Source of the DNA: Methanopyrus kandleri AV19
GTDB lineage: Archaea; JAADCQ01; Methanopyri; Methanopyrales; Methanopyraceae
DNA: 32,000 nucleotides
Reading direction: 5' to 3'
NCBI RefSeq assembly: GCF_000007185.1
Contig: NC_003551.1
Span: forward strand, 360,001 to 392,000
The position numbers were made by a program, and so were the translations under genes. Positions 30,562 through 32,000 of this stretch are shown piece by piece. Numbering within the stretch: the first letter of the stretch is position 1; the number at the start of each line of letters is the position of its first letter. Under the pieces are notes generated by a model that did no database searches, was not told where the DNA came from, and saw only the letters and a list, made by a program, of their open reading frames with translations.

Positions 30562-31289
30562 CGGCGTCCACCACGACCTGTCTTCCGGGCCGCGATGTGA
30601 CCGACCTTCCTACCCGGCGGGTCACCTCTGGCGATCGTCGTGGGCTTACCCGGGCTCTGGTGGTTACCTCCACCGAACGGGTGGTCGACGGCGTTCATCG
30701 CGACGCCACGTACCTTCGGCCACTTACCACCCTTGCTGCGCATGTGGTAGTACTTCTTACCCGCCTTCACGAACGGCTTCTCGCGCTTACCACCACCGGA
30801 CATGACGCCGATCGTGGCCCGACACCGTGGGTCGAACGTACGTACCTTACCAGAGGGGAGCTGCACGTAGGTACGTCCGACATCGTGGGCGATGATGGTG
30901 GCGTAGCATCCGGGCGCCCGCGCGAACTTACCGCCGTCACCCGGCTGTCCCTCGATGTTGAATATTGGGACTCCTTCCGGGATCTCCGCGAGTGGAAGCG
31001 TGTTGCCGGGCTTGATCTCCGCGGACACACCGCACTCTATGATGTCGCCCACCTTGGTTCCCTCGGGCACTAGTATGAGTCGCTCCTCTCCGTCCTCGAA
31101 CCTCACTCTAGCCACAGGAGCGTTGCGTGCCGGATCGTGGAGCAGCTCGACTACCTTACCGACGACCTTGCCCTTCTTTTCCTGTTCATCGTAAGGCCTG
31201 TGCTCTATACGACCACGGTAACGGTGAGATGGAGCGCGGTACGTAGGCCCGCCACGTCCCAACCGCTGCGGGCGGATACGCTTGCCCAT
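30558..31289 (-). CDS. rpl2: 50S ribosomal protein L2
   Basis: 243 aa. GRGGPTYRAPSHRY..., GGGKREKPF, and MNAVDHPFGGG.HQ signature. Confidence 0.95.
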   Translation of the reverse strand: MGKRIRPQRLGRGGPTYRAPSHRYRGRIEHRPYDEQEKKGKVVGKVVELLHDPARNAPVARVRFEDGEERLILVPEGTKVGDIIECGVSAEIKPGNTLPLAEIPEGVPIFNIEGQPGDGGKFARAPGCYATIIAHDVGRTYVQLPSGKVRTFDPRCRATIGVMSGGGKREKPFVKAGKKYYHMRSKGGKWPKVRGVAMNAVDHPFGGGNHQSPGKPTTIARGDPPGRKVGHIAARKTGRGGRR

Positions 31290-31301
31290 CTCGGGAACCC
31301 C

Positions 31302-31589
31302 CTACAGGATCCCTAGATCGACCGCGACGTCCTCGGCGCGGTACTCCGGCTTTAACTTGACGTAAGCTTTCTTCTCCCCGGTCGGGGTTATTAGGGTATT
31401 TACCTTTTCCACCTCGACGTCGAACAGCTCCTCGACGGCCTTTTTAATGAGCGGTTTGTTAGCGTCCCGCCGCACGATGAACGTGAGCTTGTTCTCCGCC
31501 TCCATCAACCGCATCGCCTTCTCAGTGGCCACTGGGTACAGTAGGACGTCGTGTGGGTCTTCGATCTTAGGACCGTATCTCTTGGCCAC
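31302..31589 (-). CDS. rpl23: 50S ribosomal protein L23
   Basis: 95 aa. [45 protein letters not shown]. Confidence 0.95.
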   Translation of the reverse strand: MAKRYGPKIEDPHDVLLYPVATEKAMRLMEAENKLTFIVRRDANKPLIKKAVEELFDVEVEKVNTLITPTGEKKAYVKLKPEYRAEDVAVDLGIL

Positions 31590-31592
31590 GGT

Positions 31593-32000
31593 TTACTCCC
31601 CCAGACGCTCTTCCAGTACCTCCAGGGCTCCGGGTGTGAACACAGTCAGTCGCCCGGGATGCGCACCGGGAGCCAGGTGTTCGACGCCCAGGTGCATCGC
31701 CTCGACCACGTCGACACCTGGATGGTTTCTAGCACCTAACTTGATACCCTCGTCCTCGTCCACCACGATGAGCACGCTCTTCGGCTTTACGTACCGTCGA
31801 CCGCGCCGCTTACCCTTACCTGCCCGGATGCGTCGATTGCTCTTGGCCCGCTCTACGTCGGCCCACAACCCGACGCTCTTGAAGAATTCCCGGACCTCCC
31901 GAGCCTTGTTCAGGCTTTTCAGCTCGTCCACGACCACCACCGGGAGGTGTGGAACATCGTCGATCACATGGCCGCGCTCCTTCACGAACTCGGGCTTGGC
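31593..32000 (-). CDS. rpl4: 50S ribosomal protein L4, C-terminal part (5' end outside the window)
   Basis: The frame is open to base 32000. IRAGKGKRRGRRYVKPKSVLIVV...HLAPGAHPGRLTVFT. Conserved L4-L23-L2 order. Confidence 0.9.
   Translation of the reverse strand, partial: AKPEFVKERGHVIDDVPHLPVVVVDELKSLNKAREVREFFKSVGLWADVERAKSNRRIRAGKGKRRGRRYVKPKSVLIVVDEDEGIKLGARNHPGVDVVEAMHLGVEHLAPGAHPGRLTVFTPGALEVLEERLGE

Overview
High-GC (about 60%) archaeal chromosome segment with about 50 very tightly packed genes. It is most likely from a Methanopyrus kandleri-type hyperthermophilic methanogen. This is an inference from the coenzyme M genes, E/R/K/V-rich proteins, a recurring GGGGGTGA-like ribosome-binding site, and two tRNA genes that both encode C instead of U at position 8. 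Bases 3868-12890 (minus strand) hold an almost complete archaeal exosome-proteasome superoperon: DUF3194-like ORF, prefoldin beta, Pcc1, Brix, RpoP, L37Ae, Rrp42, Rrp41, Rrp4, an inserted M42 peptidase, SBDS, PsmA, RNase P Pop5 and Rpp30, a DUF54 RNA-binding protein and L15e. Next come an HD hydrolase, LeuA/CimA and a coenzyme M cluster (comC, comE, comA, comD). A minus-strand RNA-processing operon follows: UPF0200 kinase, DUF54/UPF0201, S4 protein, an EndA-like protein lacking the catalytic triad, and an FkbM methyltransferase lying in a strongly AT-rich patch. The rest contains DUF763, an intron-containing tRNA-Met(CAU), a THUMP-SPOUT fusion protein, a solitary trpA, two orphan gene pairs, a second tRNA(CAU), a Ca/Na antiporter, an HTH-zinc-ribbon protein, a MobA-like protein, a DUF460 RNase-H-fold coiled-coil protein, RDD, DJ-1/PfpI, and the L4-L23-L2 end of the ribosomal protein cluster. 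The most interesting items are: (1) the THUMP-SPOUT predicted tRNA methyltransferase, divergently paired with a C8, intron-bearing tRNA; (2) the AT-rich mosaic covering the FkbM gene and the 3' end of the triad-less EndA paralog; (3) a quasi-palindromic AT-rich element just 3' of both tRNA(CAU) genes; (4) a conserved-looking small ORF whose only plausible initiation is a CTG in a CTGA stop/start overlap. No CRISPR array, transposase, integrase or rRNA was seen. All family assignments come from reading motifs by eye; no database search was run.
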